Assembly (NCBI GenBank): GCA_951406725.2
Contig: OX597832.1
Span: forward strand, 8,494,001-8,558,000
Source of the DNA: Octopus vulgaris
Taxonomy: Eukaryota
DNA: 64,000 nt
Direction: 5' to 3'
Each line of letters opens with the position of its first letter. Position 1 is the stretch's first letter. Under the pieces are notes generated by a model. The model had not been told where the DNA came from. It saw only the letters and a program-made list of their open reading frames with translations, and did not search any database. This document shows, in pieces, positions 12,173 through 25,175 of this stretch. The position numbers and the translations under genes were made by a program.

Positions 12173-14274
12173 AATTGTATATATACAGAAGTATATATGA
12201 ATGTGTTTACATAAATGTATAAGTTTGTTACATGCATGGTTGTTTTATATCAAGTTATGTATGAAAAAGCTTTAGGATTCAATGAAATATTACACAATAC
12301 TTTTTCGTTGTGTGCTTATTCATATCAGTTTTTCTATAGGGTGACAGTGATTTCAGATTTTCCAAGTTGACTACATTTTTTTGTAAACAAGGATGTGATT
12401 AAATATCTTACGTTACATTATTTTATTTTACTTTATGTTATCTTATTTACTGCTATTTATTAATTTTCATTTCAATACATTCCTATAATTGACGTTTCTG
12501 ACATTTGAGCTATAACAAATATATCACATGTTAGAAAAATAATTGAACGGTAGTTCTCGAGCCATGAGCTCGTGAGCTGATCTCTCCCAGGTCTGCGCAT
12601 TTTTTTATCAGCTGAATCTAACATGACATCTAGAATACGACACGGTAGAGGAATCGAAACTACAACCTTATATGTTCCAACCATTCAGACTATTTCTGAT
12701 GTTAATTAGCATGAAATTAGGAAACCAAGGTTAATCTAACTAAGACAAATATTTAATGACCAAAATATGTTTTGAAAAGGAATCTTATTCATTATGTTAC
12801 AATAAAATCATATCTGTGTATGTATATGTATACATATATGTATGAAAGTCATTTTGGTATCGGTGATATAACTGAATATCTACTACGAAACGGCTGTGAA
12901 AAGAAACAAAATTTTATCTTTCAATTTCCCTCGAATTTCATTACATATTCATGCACACGAATACACACATACATATATGTATAGGACAAAACATAATCGT
13001 TCCCTTCAGTAGATACCTATTTTGATTTTGAAACATTATGCATATAAATATGATGACACAAAACTCAAACGATGCTGTGTGCCTGGAGAAGTTTTGCAGA
13101 TATTTTACACTCGTTTGAAAGACCCTGAAGAACTATACCGTTTTAAATTGTAAATATTCTGCTATCTTTTGACACACCTAGTGTGAATAGTAGTCTCAAT
13201 GATATATGGCTTCTTACATATACATGTTATCCTATTGAATAGCCATGGCTCACACGAATAAGGGAAAGAAATACAATTTATTATATTACATTATATAAAT
13301 GCAGTTAATTTCACAATATACAGGCTTATATTTTACGCTTGAAAATGTTAGCGAATTAGGAGGATAAATGTACTAAGTGCGTCACTACTATTCTGGGTTC
13401 AAATTCTGACACATCTTCAGAAATGTTAGGGTTCGTTGATTATACTGACTCCAGTACTTACCAAGTACGCGTTACATGGGGTTTCTGAAAGGTCCAGGCT
13501 TTGCGTAGAAGAAAATATAAGAGGATCAGTTAATTATGATTTTATTCAACTTATTCCCCCTCTCAGATTCACATACTTATTACAGCGTTCCTTCACTTTT
13601 ACAATGTCCTATGAAAGAACACGGAGGGTTGGGCCTCTAGCTAGGCCTTTTGTGATCCCCTTAAAGCCAGGAACGTTTTAGCACCTCCTCCTATATCCTC
13701 CCCGCAAAGTTGAAAGGCAAAGTCAATATCTGTTGCGGAATTTGAACTCAGGATGTAGAGCACCTTAAGAAACAACGTTAAGCATTTTGTCTGACGCGCT
13801 AACGATTCTCTCAATTTGTTACGATAATGAGAAGTTCTATTAAATACAACTTGATGTGAGGTTACGGAGCATATAGTAGTACAAATATTGAGAAATAAAT
13901 TCCCTGCATTATTTTGGTTTTCCATACGATGTAATATTTTCATCATTATATTTGCATTTCTGTCGGTCGCATGAGTTCTAAAGTAGCATGCAGTCAAGTG
14001 TAGCTCAGATCATTGACGGCTAAAGGACTTCTAAAAACATTTTAGTTGTCTAAAAATTTCCAGACCACCATCAGATTTTGAGAGGGAAAATCAACCATGA
14101 AACTGCGGGCTGACCTCAAAGAGAGTTATAAATTCCAGTTTAGTGTCCGGCGTGATATAAGATCTCTGTGTTTGGGCCGTTTCTTAGCTATTCTTAAAGC
14201 ATGTCTCTTCTAGAAAATTCGAATCTCTCTACTTCTATATCACTTGTGTAGTTAGTAGGTGGTCTTATTTGGGT

Positions 14275-14431
14275 ACCCTTGGGAGTTAAAATGTAGGAGG
14301 ACAACTCTGAGCATAGCCAGTCTGATGGTACCCGCAAATAGAAATTAGTATATTAGATAAGATTTCGGCGACTAAACACCATACTCATCTGTAAGTGAGA
14401 GCGCGCATGTATGTATATGCACGTTCACCTA
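14275..14431. repeat. Uninterrupted copy of the dispersed repeat at 9382-9828
   Basis: Collinear similarity to 9382-9473 plus 9773-9828. Confidence 0.8.
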
Positions 14432-15137
14432 AAAATTAACTAAAACCATTATCTATATGAACTTTAATTATTAAGCCAACGTGTGTAAATAAAATATAAG
14501 AAAATTTCTAAATTACTTTAGGCCATGACTTGTCATGCTGTTCAAGGCAAGGCAGAATGTCCCCTATGAGGAAGTATGATGCATAAATTTCAATAAGTTT
14601 TCAATACTCAGGCTCAGTGAGGGTCTCCATTGGGATATCAAACAACACCTCTCTCGGTTTTCTAAGCCATTCTCAGTTATTAGGAAACCGGAGATTTTGA
14701 GTTCATAACAATCTTAATATCAGATTCATTCATTTGTATTGTGGTGCTGACGAATTATTAAATATTGTAGAGAAGAGATTTAATAGTAGGAGAGAATGCA
14801 TTAATACGAAATTGGGGAATCGGCTACGTTGTTTGTCATGAAAACAAACATATAACTATTCCTCCTCGTTTAATATTCTAATGCGTTTTGGGATAATTAT
14901 AATGAAATTTCAGATGTATTTCCTAATAGTGCCAACTTAGTACCAGCAGGGCTGATTATATAAATTACCTATAAATTCACCAAAGTAGTATAGTTAATTT
15001 TCAAATATATCTTATAATGCTATTAATATGGCAGATTGTATTTCCTTGAACTCGTGAATACATACATACATGGACATACATACGTACATGTCCATACATA
15101 CATACATGTCCATACATACATACATGCATATATACAT

Positions 15138-15219
<82 letters not shown>

Positions 15220-15253
15220 ACATATACATATATATATATATATATATTTATAT

Positions 15254-15284
<31 letters not shown>

Positions 15285-16299
15285 ATTACATATATCCTTA
15301 CATACATGCATAACATGCATATAAACTCCCATAGACACACACAAACACACATACACACATACACACACTTCCTCTGTTTGATATATGATAATATAATTAA
15401 CATCATGAAGCTGAGAAATACGGAATTCTCTCCAGGAATTTCACAGCTGCGTTCAACTAGCTATTATCAATTTCTTAAACTATGTGTCAAATGCCATCGC
15501 CAGTATTATTTGTCTTTGTTGAATTGCTTTTGTAATGTAGACGTTCCTTTGGCTCCCATATCTTAAATCTATTATCAGAAATCATTTTTCGTATCTCGAG
15601 AGGCAACAGCTTTTTTGCATTTAAATTATAACAGCAATCGACACATAATTTGCACCTATATATCTTATATTTTTCTTTTTCCTCTTTCAAAGAGTATGGT
15701 TAAAGGGCAACATACATACATATGTGTTTTTTTCAACTCCACACTTTAAAACAGAAAGAAAAGCAAGTTTAGCTACAATTTAAAATAAATAATGTAATTT
15801 CGCTTCTATTTATTCCTTAAATGAATAACTCCATACAGATTAATAATATTTGTAAAACAAAATTCATGCGAATGTTTAATCACGAGAAGATAAAATGATT
15901 AAATACACTCATGAACTATATGTTAGATTGTCTAACATTACATTTATAGTTTAACTGAAGAAGAAATTTCATTACAGAGAGGGCACAACGATTGAACCTG
16001 TAATCGTTACTATGAATCTATACCCATGTGTAAAATAAGTAATATCATGGTATATCTAGTTGTCTTGGTGACTGTACTTCTTGTCACTAGAGACATTTCC
16101 TTGTTTGCCCTAGAAGTATATAAAATTTAGGACCATATGAGTGTCTCTTATATACTGTGTATAGGAACTCACTGCAACCGAAGCATTAACTTTATATATT
16201 TCACCCAAATTTATAAGACAGTTATTGCCTTCCTTAGAAAATATCTACAGAGTTCTCAAATCTGGTTTATGTCAGAGATGTTTCTTGGAAATGTAGAGA

Positions 16300-17880
16300 C
16301 TCAACATCAGTGATGTGACCTGGAGTTATCTAATGCTCAGCATTATTTGTTTTCGAGCACCTTGATCCCAGAGATCTAACCACTGTAATCAGGAGTCAAC
16401 CTTCGTTGACAATCAGAAATATTTGTTGGCTATCACTACATCCTTTTCGGCATATTAAATCACCTTATTTATCGCCTTCTCTGAAACACCAAAACTGTTA
16501 ATATTTTTGCATAATGAACGTCCTGATAATTCTCTATAGTCGATCTCTATGTGCTCATGATCAGCATTCCCGTCTTTGATCTTGGTTATTTTCCACCAGA
16601 TACAGGTAATTTGCTCATTCCATCTCATTTGCTTTTTCAATACCCTATTCCACATTAATTTCGAATGTGCCCGGATGGTTTATCGCGTCAGATAATCATA
16701 GCTTGCAGGACTGAAAGGGATATGATCTGAAGCAGAAACTTCAGCCGTTTGCCACGTGTTACATGCATTTGACCATCGGGAGATCTATCGAGAATGGCCG
16801 TCCAGCTTGCAGAAATGCAATTCATTCCTCGGTGCATTGAATCATTTGCTGATGAATGTAATTACGTTGGAAGCAAGTCACCTTATAACAATCTCATGGT
16901 GTCAATGATAGCGGTCTTTTGCGAACGGCTATAAACAGCCACTGATATAATCCATGGATGAAATTACTCAGAGGAACATGCAAGATGGTGTTACACGCTT
17001 GACTAATTTGTAAAGATTAGATGAGATCTGTATGGAATTGTGGACGAATTGGATAAATGACCTGACACAATGAATATCAGTATTCATGAAGATTGATCCA
17101 GTAATCCTGCACTTCCTTGTGCCTTAGTTTCACCGATCTGCTCAACGGATGTTCTTCTGCAACAGCTACAATGTCTTCCTGGACGCAATCGTGTTTCTCT
17201 TTGTACCAGACCGTGAATTTCAAGGTCATTGGGAATTATGTGAAATCAACAAATCAAATGTTTAATAACAAACTTGAAAGTTAACTTAGCAAGGTTGATA
17301 TTTAAATTCATTCCCATTCCAGCATTCAGCAGTATTTTATTCTGCACCGATTCTTGTGTTCTTCATTGGTTTTCACAGTGCCATAGCTATCAATTATGAT
17401 GTCCATGGTTCCTTAGGCCATATCCATCCACCTGTACTGCTGCTTCACTCTTTCATTCTATCTTTGGATTACGTGGATATCATCTTATATTGATATCTGG
17501 CCCCTCAAACTAGCCATCGTAAAATATTTAGTGGGACGAATAAATTGGAATCACATTATGATAATGGTATCTTACCTTCTATTGTAAATCACGTGTAGGC
17601 AATGGAACTGTATAAAACAAAGAAAGCCACATGACTCGGTTTAGAAAAAAATGTAGCTAAATCTTGGAATGGAATTCATTAGTCCATCTGGAAATATCAA
17701 CATTGGAGATTTAAGTTTCAAGGTTGTTATTGGAATTTTGAATATCATCAGTGTGTTTTGGACTTGAGTCAAAGAGATTCCTCAGATTGATAGAAGTTTC
17801 TCGGAATGGATGACAGTTCAAGATATTGAGAAATAATATCTGTCGGCCACCTTCCATTGAAAAATCTCTCTGGAGCGTGT
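16300..17880. mobile_element. Highly decayed, rearranged BEL/Pao LTR-retrotransposon pol relic
   Basis: Minus 16350-16655: KKQMRWNEQI, FGVSEKAINKVI (resembles FSDASEKAY), VDS*LQWL (resembles WTDS..LQW). Plus 16750-16935: TC/LT/REIYRE/SSL..NSFLGAL, NYVGS and ERL (integrase core, read across frameshifts). Minus 17130-17220: WYKEKHDCVQEDIVAVAEE (resembles the DUF5641 region). Minus near 17700: LKSPMLIFPDGLM. Confidence 0.5.
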
Positions 17881-17965
17881 ATAGAAGAATATTTGAATTT
17901 CATGAATACATGCGTGTTTATTCTTATGAATAATAAAAACCACAAATTTGAATAAATAATTCAAC

Positions 17966-18109
17966 ACCGGTCCATTATGCAGCAGAGTATTTTTCTATTT
18001 ATTTATATTTGCTAAACGCTATGATTACTTACTGGATGCCTTGGTTTAGTATTACGATTCTAATCGAAAAAGGAAAATCGACCACACATCTACGCAATCA
18101 TTGCTTAAG
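17966..18109 (+). repeat. 144 bp direct repeat, copy 1 (copy 2 at 19714-19857)
   Basis: ACCGGT.CATTATGCAGCAGAGTATTTT...TATATTTGCTAAA.GCTATGATTACTTAC...TAATCGAAAAAGGAAAAT...ACATCTACG.AATCATT.CTTAAG occurs at both positions. Confidence 0.9.
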
Positions 18110-18392
18110 CCCATCCTTTTTTCTATCCTTTTTTCTTTCTATCTTTTTCCTTTCTTTTTTCCTTGCTTTCTTTTTTCTTTCTTCCTTTCTTACTTTCTTT
18201 CGCTTTTCATCTCTTTTGTGTCATTCTTTCTTTCTCTCCTTCTTTCTAATGCTCTATCTTATACATTATACATATCGTGTGTATATATGTACATATAGAT
18301 TATACGCATGTTTGTACATAGATATATGTATATACACGCGCATGTGCATACACGGATGCACATGCAGACATGTACATGCACTCGCATACACA

Positions 18393-18449
<57 letters not shown>

Positions 18450-18514
18450 CCCGGAGTCAGCACACAAATGTGAAACAAGCTGGTAAATACAGTAATCGAA
18501 GGTAAAGTGACATG

Positions 18515-18578
<64 letters not shown>

Positions 18579-18838
18579 GTGTGTGTGTGTGTATGTGTGT
18601 GTGTGTGTATGTGTGTGTGTGTGTGTGTGACGATGTGCTGAACAGAAAATGCAGTTAATTATGATCTTATTCAACATATTCCCCACTCAGATTCAAACGC
18701 ACTTTGCAGGGTTCCTTCAATTTTCCTGAGTTTTATAAAAGGAATCGGAAAGTTGCGCCTCCAACCAGGGCCTGAAAGCCAAGAATTACATATAGAATAT
18801 ATAGTACTGCGTATATATGTATATATGTATATATGTAA

Positions 18839-18897
<59 letters not shown>

Positions 18898-18951
18898 TAC
18901 ATACAAATATATACATATATATATATATGTCTATATATATAGACACACATT

Positions 18952-19148
18952 TTCAAAATGTGACCTCGTGCGTACCGTTGGGGATTTTTTTCCTCTGTCT
19001 TCCCTTCTCTGGATCTTTCGTTCTCCTATGTTTCCGACGAAGAGCTCCATTCGAAACGTTAAACCCTCCTTCTTTCCTTCTTTCCTGAGCGTCCAATAAT
19101 ACTATATTTGTTCCACGCCTCCGCGTTGTTGTGTTTTCTTGTTTGGAT

Positions 19149-19152
<4 letters not shown>
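18952..19152 (+). mobile_element. Roughly 200 bp (TA)n-embedded repeat with a minimal hammerhead-like motif (Penelope terminal-repeat type)
   Basis: Near-identical to 63014-63224. Motif GTTT-CCGACGA-A-GAGCTCCATTC-GAAACGTT-AAAC at 19030-19064; the element ends TTGGATTAAC followed by (TA)n. Confidence 0.7.
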
Positions 19153-19221
<69 letters not shown>

Positions 19222-19248
19222 GTATATGTGTGTGTGTGTGTGTGTATA

Positions 19249-19453
19249 GTTAATCCAAACATGAACAAGCTAGAAAAGACAACCACTCGAGGACGTGGAA
19301 TATGTACAGCGTTATTGGACGCTCTGGAAAGGAAAGAAAAGAAAGAGGAGTTCACATTTTGAGCGGAGTTCATTGTCAGAATAGAGAAAATGTCCAAAGA
19401 AGGGGATATGGAGAAAGAAAATCGCCAATGGTACATACGCGGTCACACATTGA
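19249..19453 (-). mobile_element. Diverged inverted copy of the 18952-19152 family
   Basis: GTTAATCCAAACA...TTATTGGACGCTC.GGAAAG...AATCGCCAATGGTACA.ACGCGGTCACA is the reverse complement of the family. The motif remnant reads CTGACAATGAACTCCGCTCAAAATGT on the minus strand. Confidence 0.75.
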
Positions 19454-19713
19454 GCAAAACTGTACGGAGGCCGCTAGATATGCATATAAATCCAAAAAAC
19501 GAGAACACAACAGTCGACAAAAAAAAACACCCGGAGAGTTTGACGATACGATGGCGGAGAAGAAAAAAACAAAGACGAGCCATTCGCAGTCTTCTCTCAT
19601 CAGTGATGTTTCCAAATCATCCTCACAGTTTCAGCCTGTTTCACTTAACACTGTTCAAATCTGGTGGGCCCCAAAATCTAAACTAAGACCATTTAATTTT
19701 TTGGGTGAAAACA

Positions 19714-19857
19714 ACCGGTGCATTATGCAGCAGAGTATTTTATATATATTTATATTTGCTAAAAGCTATGATTACTTACGGAATGACTTGGTTTGGTATT
19801 ACAATTATAATCGAAAAAGGAAAATAAAAGCATACATCTACGTAATCATTTCTTAAG
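19714..19857 (+). repeat. 144 bp direct repeat, copy 2
   Basis: Matches 17966-18109 (see copy 1). Confidence 0.9.
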
Positions 19858-20806
19858 ACAATAAAAAACGACGAAACGGAGAAAATGTCACACAATTATA
19901 AATATAACCAACAAGAAAATATCAACAGGTGTCTTTCGGTTAATAAAGACGAATCAAGTTGAGCTGGCGTGCGTAGAATGAAAGCCTTGTGGTAGGAACA
20001 TAGATGAACATAAAAGATGAAAGCCATGAGACAGAATTATAAGAGATGCTTCACGGCAGGCATTCGAGCCAACGAAGAAAGACCATGCTTGGTCGAACAC
20101 CGGTCACGTGGAAGGAAAGGAGAGAGAGGGAGGTGAGCGAAGATTATTGAACAATTCTGAAAGAACAAGAAAGAGAGAAAATCAAAGGTATATAGAAAAA
20201 GGTGCAGGGAGATAAAACGAGTAGGGAAAGTAGGGAAATCAAAGAAAGAGAAGGCCAAAAAAGGTGAGAGAAGGAGAGTGAGCAGAAGAAAGAAGCAAAA
20301 AAGGAAAAAAGTATGAGGTGTACTAAAAGAAAGAGTAAATTGTTAATCAGAAGCACTTTGAACATGTAGACATAGGTATTATAAAACCGTTAAATATTAT
20401 AGGAGTTCTAATAAAGATGTATATTAGTGACTATATATAAGGTTCTTTTTTGTGATATCAAAATATAAGATGATACTTACAAGTAGATTGATAGATAAAT
20501 TAATTACAATTATTTAACTATACACACATTTACATGACATAAATTATACATTAACTAAAGATTGAATAGATATTCTTGGAATTAAAACCCGTGCACATCT
20601 AATCTATAACAAATGGACAGTTATAATTGCATCAATTTTTTAAAAAATCTAAAAGTTTCAATTGGCATCTTACAATTATAAAAATAAAAAATAAAAGAAA
20701 TATTTTTACCAATTTATTATTTTATAACTTCACATAGAATTTCACATATGATTTTATTTTATATTATTTAAGTCTATGAACTATATTTGGGATACAGGAA
20801 AATATA

Positions 20807-20986
20807 ATGGAGTTTATACGTAATTATTATGGATTACTTCAGAATAATTACCAAGGAAGCATATATGAATTTCAATATTCTCATACTAAAGTGTACTTAC
20901 CAAAATCAAAAGCAGTAATTTTATATTTATATTTCAAAAACACACCATTTTCCCATATTACTTCATTAAAAAAAAACTACCATTAG
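20807..20986 (+). pseudogene. 59-codon AT-rich ORF of unknown origin with a frameshifted tandem paralog at about 21132-21250
   Basis: MEFIRNYYGLLQNNYQGSIYEFQYSHTKVYLPKSKAVILYLYFKNTPFSHITSLKKNYH*, with paralog MDFTHNYYGL/YQVNIYGFKESHIKVHLSKSKAV. Both ATGs sit in the context AATATAATGGA. Confidence 0.35.
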
Positions 20987-21413
20987 TTAAATTATATAAA
21001 TTTTACATTTGATATTTACATTTGATTTTCTAAAGAGCAGAAGAGTTATCGATAAATTCTGATCAGTATAAGATTCCATTATTTTATATTATCAAAATCA
21101 ATGAGCTAGATATGGAATAGAGGACAATATAATGGATTTTACACATAACTATTATGGATTATTCCTTATCAAGTAAACATATATGGATTTAAAGAATCTC
21201 ATATTAAAGTGCACTTATCAAAATCAAAAGCAGTAATGTGTAATTTTTAATTTATATTTCAAACAAACAAGAATTTTCTAATATTGATTTCCTGATATTA
21301 ATAATAATGTATTATAAAATATAGATATATAATCGCACGTATCAAATACATAAATACTTTAATAGTATAAATAATTTGATACACTAGAGCAATCAATATA
21401 GATTCAGTATATG

Positions 21414-21487
<74 letters not shown>

Positions 21488-22012
21488 AAATATTTATATA
21501 CATTTGGATCAATAGATCCGGAATATTATATAAAGAAATTATGTAATTTCTTAACACGACACCTATTTCAGGAAAGCAGATTTCACACAATAATTTCCAG
21601 TTTCTAGTGGTATACGCAATCAACTTCCAGACCCATAGTGATATTACGGTAACTCTGGTTCGCCTCTGCGAGAGAATATTAATGTGTATGCACTTGCGAA
21701 TGTTTTCATATTTATTTCTCTCCTTTGATTTGCTCGCGCCATGCACACGCACGCACGCACATATTTTTACATATGTAATATACTTTAATATACATGCACA
21801 CTGCACATCTTTGTATAAATACATACATAAATACACACACACACACACAAACAAAATAATGGAACACCCTAATATTTCAAACAAATTTATTTTAATATAG
21901 GGTAGGACCGCATTTGGAAGTAATCACAGCTTGAAGTCTACGAGGTATGGACTCGTACAAAGTTTGCATTGTTTTGCAAAGGAATTTTTGTTCATTCTTC
22001 AGCTAAAACAGT

Positions 22013-22107
<95 letters not shown>

Positions 22108-22108
22108 G

Positions 22109-22185
<77 letters not shown>

Positions 22186-22208
22186 CTGTCTATCTATCAA
22201 TCAATCTA

Positions 22209-22239
<31 letters not shown>

Positions 22240-22260
22240 ATCTATCTGACTATCTATATT
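22013..22260. repeat. (TATC)n microsatellite
   Basis: Read directly; source of the YLSI-repeat ORFs. Similar tracts lie at 30085-30160, 34591-34900 and 37338-37650. Confidence 0.97.
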
Positions 22261-22364
22261 ACATTATATTATACTATATCATATTATATTATATATATAT
22301 ATATTTACATATATATATATATATATACATATATACATATACACATGCTACTAATATTACATAT

Positions 22365-22395
<31 letters not shown>

Positions 22396-23576
22396 GCGGG
22401 GCAATCTCATAAGTACTTATGGATACAGTAATATATAAGTTCTTCGCAATCAAGTAGACACATAGTAAAGGAGGACCGGATTTTATCGCTGCAATTTGAA
22501 AAACGTATCAATCTAGAATTGAAGTTTGAATTGTACCCAATTACTTCCACTGTAAGCTCGTAGACTTAGAAAGCGATGGATACTGTCTACCGCAATTAGA
22601 TATATTGACAACGTAAACATCACATTACCAGTGAAAGTATAGTGTTAGCCAAACATTTTACTTGCTCATCTGATACCTTTTTCTCACCGTAGCATCTAAA
22701 ACAGACCAAATCAATAATCTTCACTAATACTGTAGCTAGAGAAGAAATCATTTGAAGCTTGCAGAAGTCGGCAGTGAACATATGTATCATATATGAACGT
22801 CATCAGATAGTTGATGGACAGTTTATCAAAGGAGCCATTTTGAACTTAAATAGATATCCACTTTTTCATCACCTACATCACCTATTTGCCATAATTATGT
22901 ATCATATCTTTGACCTCTATTCCAGTCATATACTAGTAGATAGATGAAATATGTCAGTTCTAGAACTAGAGATTTTCATCTTATATTTTTGCTGCCACTG
23001 TTTCACAGTGGTTTATAGAAATATATTAATTTAACGACGTCTTTCTTGAGATGGATGAGCAATTACATAAAAGGTATCAGAACATAATAGGTTACAGTGA
23101 AAGGTTGACATAGCAACATAATTCAAATGTTACATGAAAAATCAAAATATTCGCAATGTGCTGTATGGGATTTGCCATCACTATCATTAATTTTTTCATA
23201 ACCCTTTAACTGATTACACAGAAACCAAAGTAGCTAATAGATGTAGCCAGCGACTTCTCATAGACGACCATAATATCATGCGTTTTTATTTCATAATCCC
23301 TAGATTTTATATCTGAAGTATATCGATATAATTGATCTTAGTTATCTTCTATTTCACTAGTTCTATTATTAATACTATAGATATAATATTATTATTCGTA
23401 GCAAATTAACTTAAATCCTTTCAACTACACGAGTGAATGCACATATTAGAAAAAAAATCAGTTTACACTGCTTAAAACATGTGCCAGTTCTAACCCTAAT
23501 ATATTTTAACTGAAGTATAGGCTATGTCACAGAATGCATATGTGTGTGTAAGTATATATATATATATATGCAAATC

Positions 23577-23624
<48 letters not shown>

Positions 23625-24139
23625 TGCACACATATATATATATATATGTGTATATATATATATATATGCCCGCAGACGCATAATCCAGGCAAACAGTACC
23701 AGCAATTGACCTAAGTACGCAACCCACAATAACATCAACCCTAACACCACCAATTAGTAAATTAACACACGTATAATGCGGAATATCAGCATCTGCCGGT
23801 ATTCCCAAAGTGAGAAACCATTTCTGTTGCTTGGTTTGTCACTTCATTCATCTTCTAGGTTCCCGACGCACTAAAAAAATGGGGCTCCAAGGCAACACAC
23901 ATGTTACAGTAAAGACACTGCCTACCGCAGTCTTTTCACGAAGGCAAAAAACAATAACAACAACAACAAAAACCACAACAAAAGCGGAAACGGCAATCCT
24001 ATCCAACAGTTCAACCACACCTCCAAAGATTACAAAAATCTCTATGTTGCTTTGAGGTGAAGATAAATCTTGACAAACTCCTCCCCCTCTGTTGTTGGAC
24101 TACCGTAACGCTTGTTTAAAAAGAGAGATTATGACTGTG

Positions 24140-25175
24140 ATAAACTAATGAGAGCAATACTTACTAAGTCAGAGAGCACTATTATACAAAGAAATAATTA
24201 AATGGAAAATATAAAAAAAATTAGAATTGAGAGTCAAATATGAAAATATTATCAAAGGTGCTAGCAGAAAACCGCCCGGAGGGTGGTATTTCTGCTAATG
24301 ATAATAATATAGGGAAACCGAAAATCGAAATGAAGTTAAAACTAGAAAGAAGGAGAAACATTATCTGACTGGCAAGAGAAGGATTTGCATGGAAGATTAT
24401 TAAAGATAGCAATAGTGAGATATAGTTATGATAGCAGAAAAGAGGCTGAAAAGGGATACAAAATGTTTCTTAGTAGCGGCACAAGATTAGACAATAAAGG
24501 CTAATTCAATAAAAGCCAAGATTGAATAAAGAAGCTAGATTCTTCCTACATGTTATGTAAATAAAAAGGGGAAAGTGTTACTCATATAATAAGTGAATGT
24601 AATATGGACGCACAGAGAAGAATACAAGAAAAGACATGACAGCGTAGGGAGAGCAATTCACTGACAGTTACATAGAAAGCTAGGATTTTGATTAACTTAT
24701 AAATTATATGAACATGAACCTAGTAAAGTGCTAGAAAAGTAAGAAATATAAGATGCTATGGGACTTTAATATTTAGGCTGCAAGAGTAATTGCAGCTAGA
24801 AGGTCCGACTTAGTAGTGGTTAACAAAGAGAAAATAAAGTGCCTGTTTGAAATGATGTTAAAGTGAATACGAGGGGGGTGGAGAAGCATCAGGACCTAGC
24901 AATAAAATTGCTGAGATTATGGAAAGTGAAGGTAAAATATATTCATGTAGGTATAGGTGCATTACGAACTATCCCTAAAGATTTGAACAGATGGATAGAG
25001 GAAATAGTAATAAAATCTGGTTTAGTACTGCGCAAGAAAACTGTTTCCTTAGGGGCAGCTAGAATACTTAATCAGATTTTTGCCCTCTAGTGTTACTTGT
25101 TGTAACCCGATGTTTATTTTCCAATCGTGTAATCGATTGTGTGCATAGGAAATAATATTAATAATTCATTATAAT
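24140..25175 (+). mobile_element. Decayed R4/Dong-type non-LTR retrotransposon 3' end (zinc knuckle plus RLE endonuclease)
   Basis: LCK*KGESVTHIISEC (CCHC remnant), RHDSVGRAIH, MLWDFNI...ARRSDLVVVNKE, and EKHQDLAIKLLRLWKVKVKYIHVGIGALRTIPK...KTVSLGAARIL, followed by a degenerate TAA-rich tail. Confidence 0.85.

Noticed and set aside
14747-14815. CTGACGA...CGAAA motif (similar partial motifs at 26608-26645, 29712-29745 and 58197-58230)
   Set aside because: Each lacks a convincing stem I or III or the GAAA. They may be decayed hammerheads but are not supportable individually.
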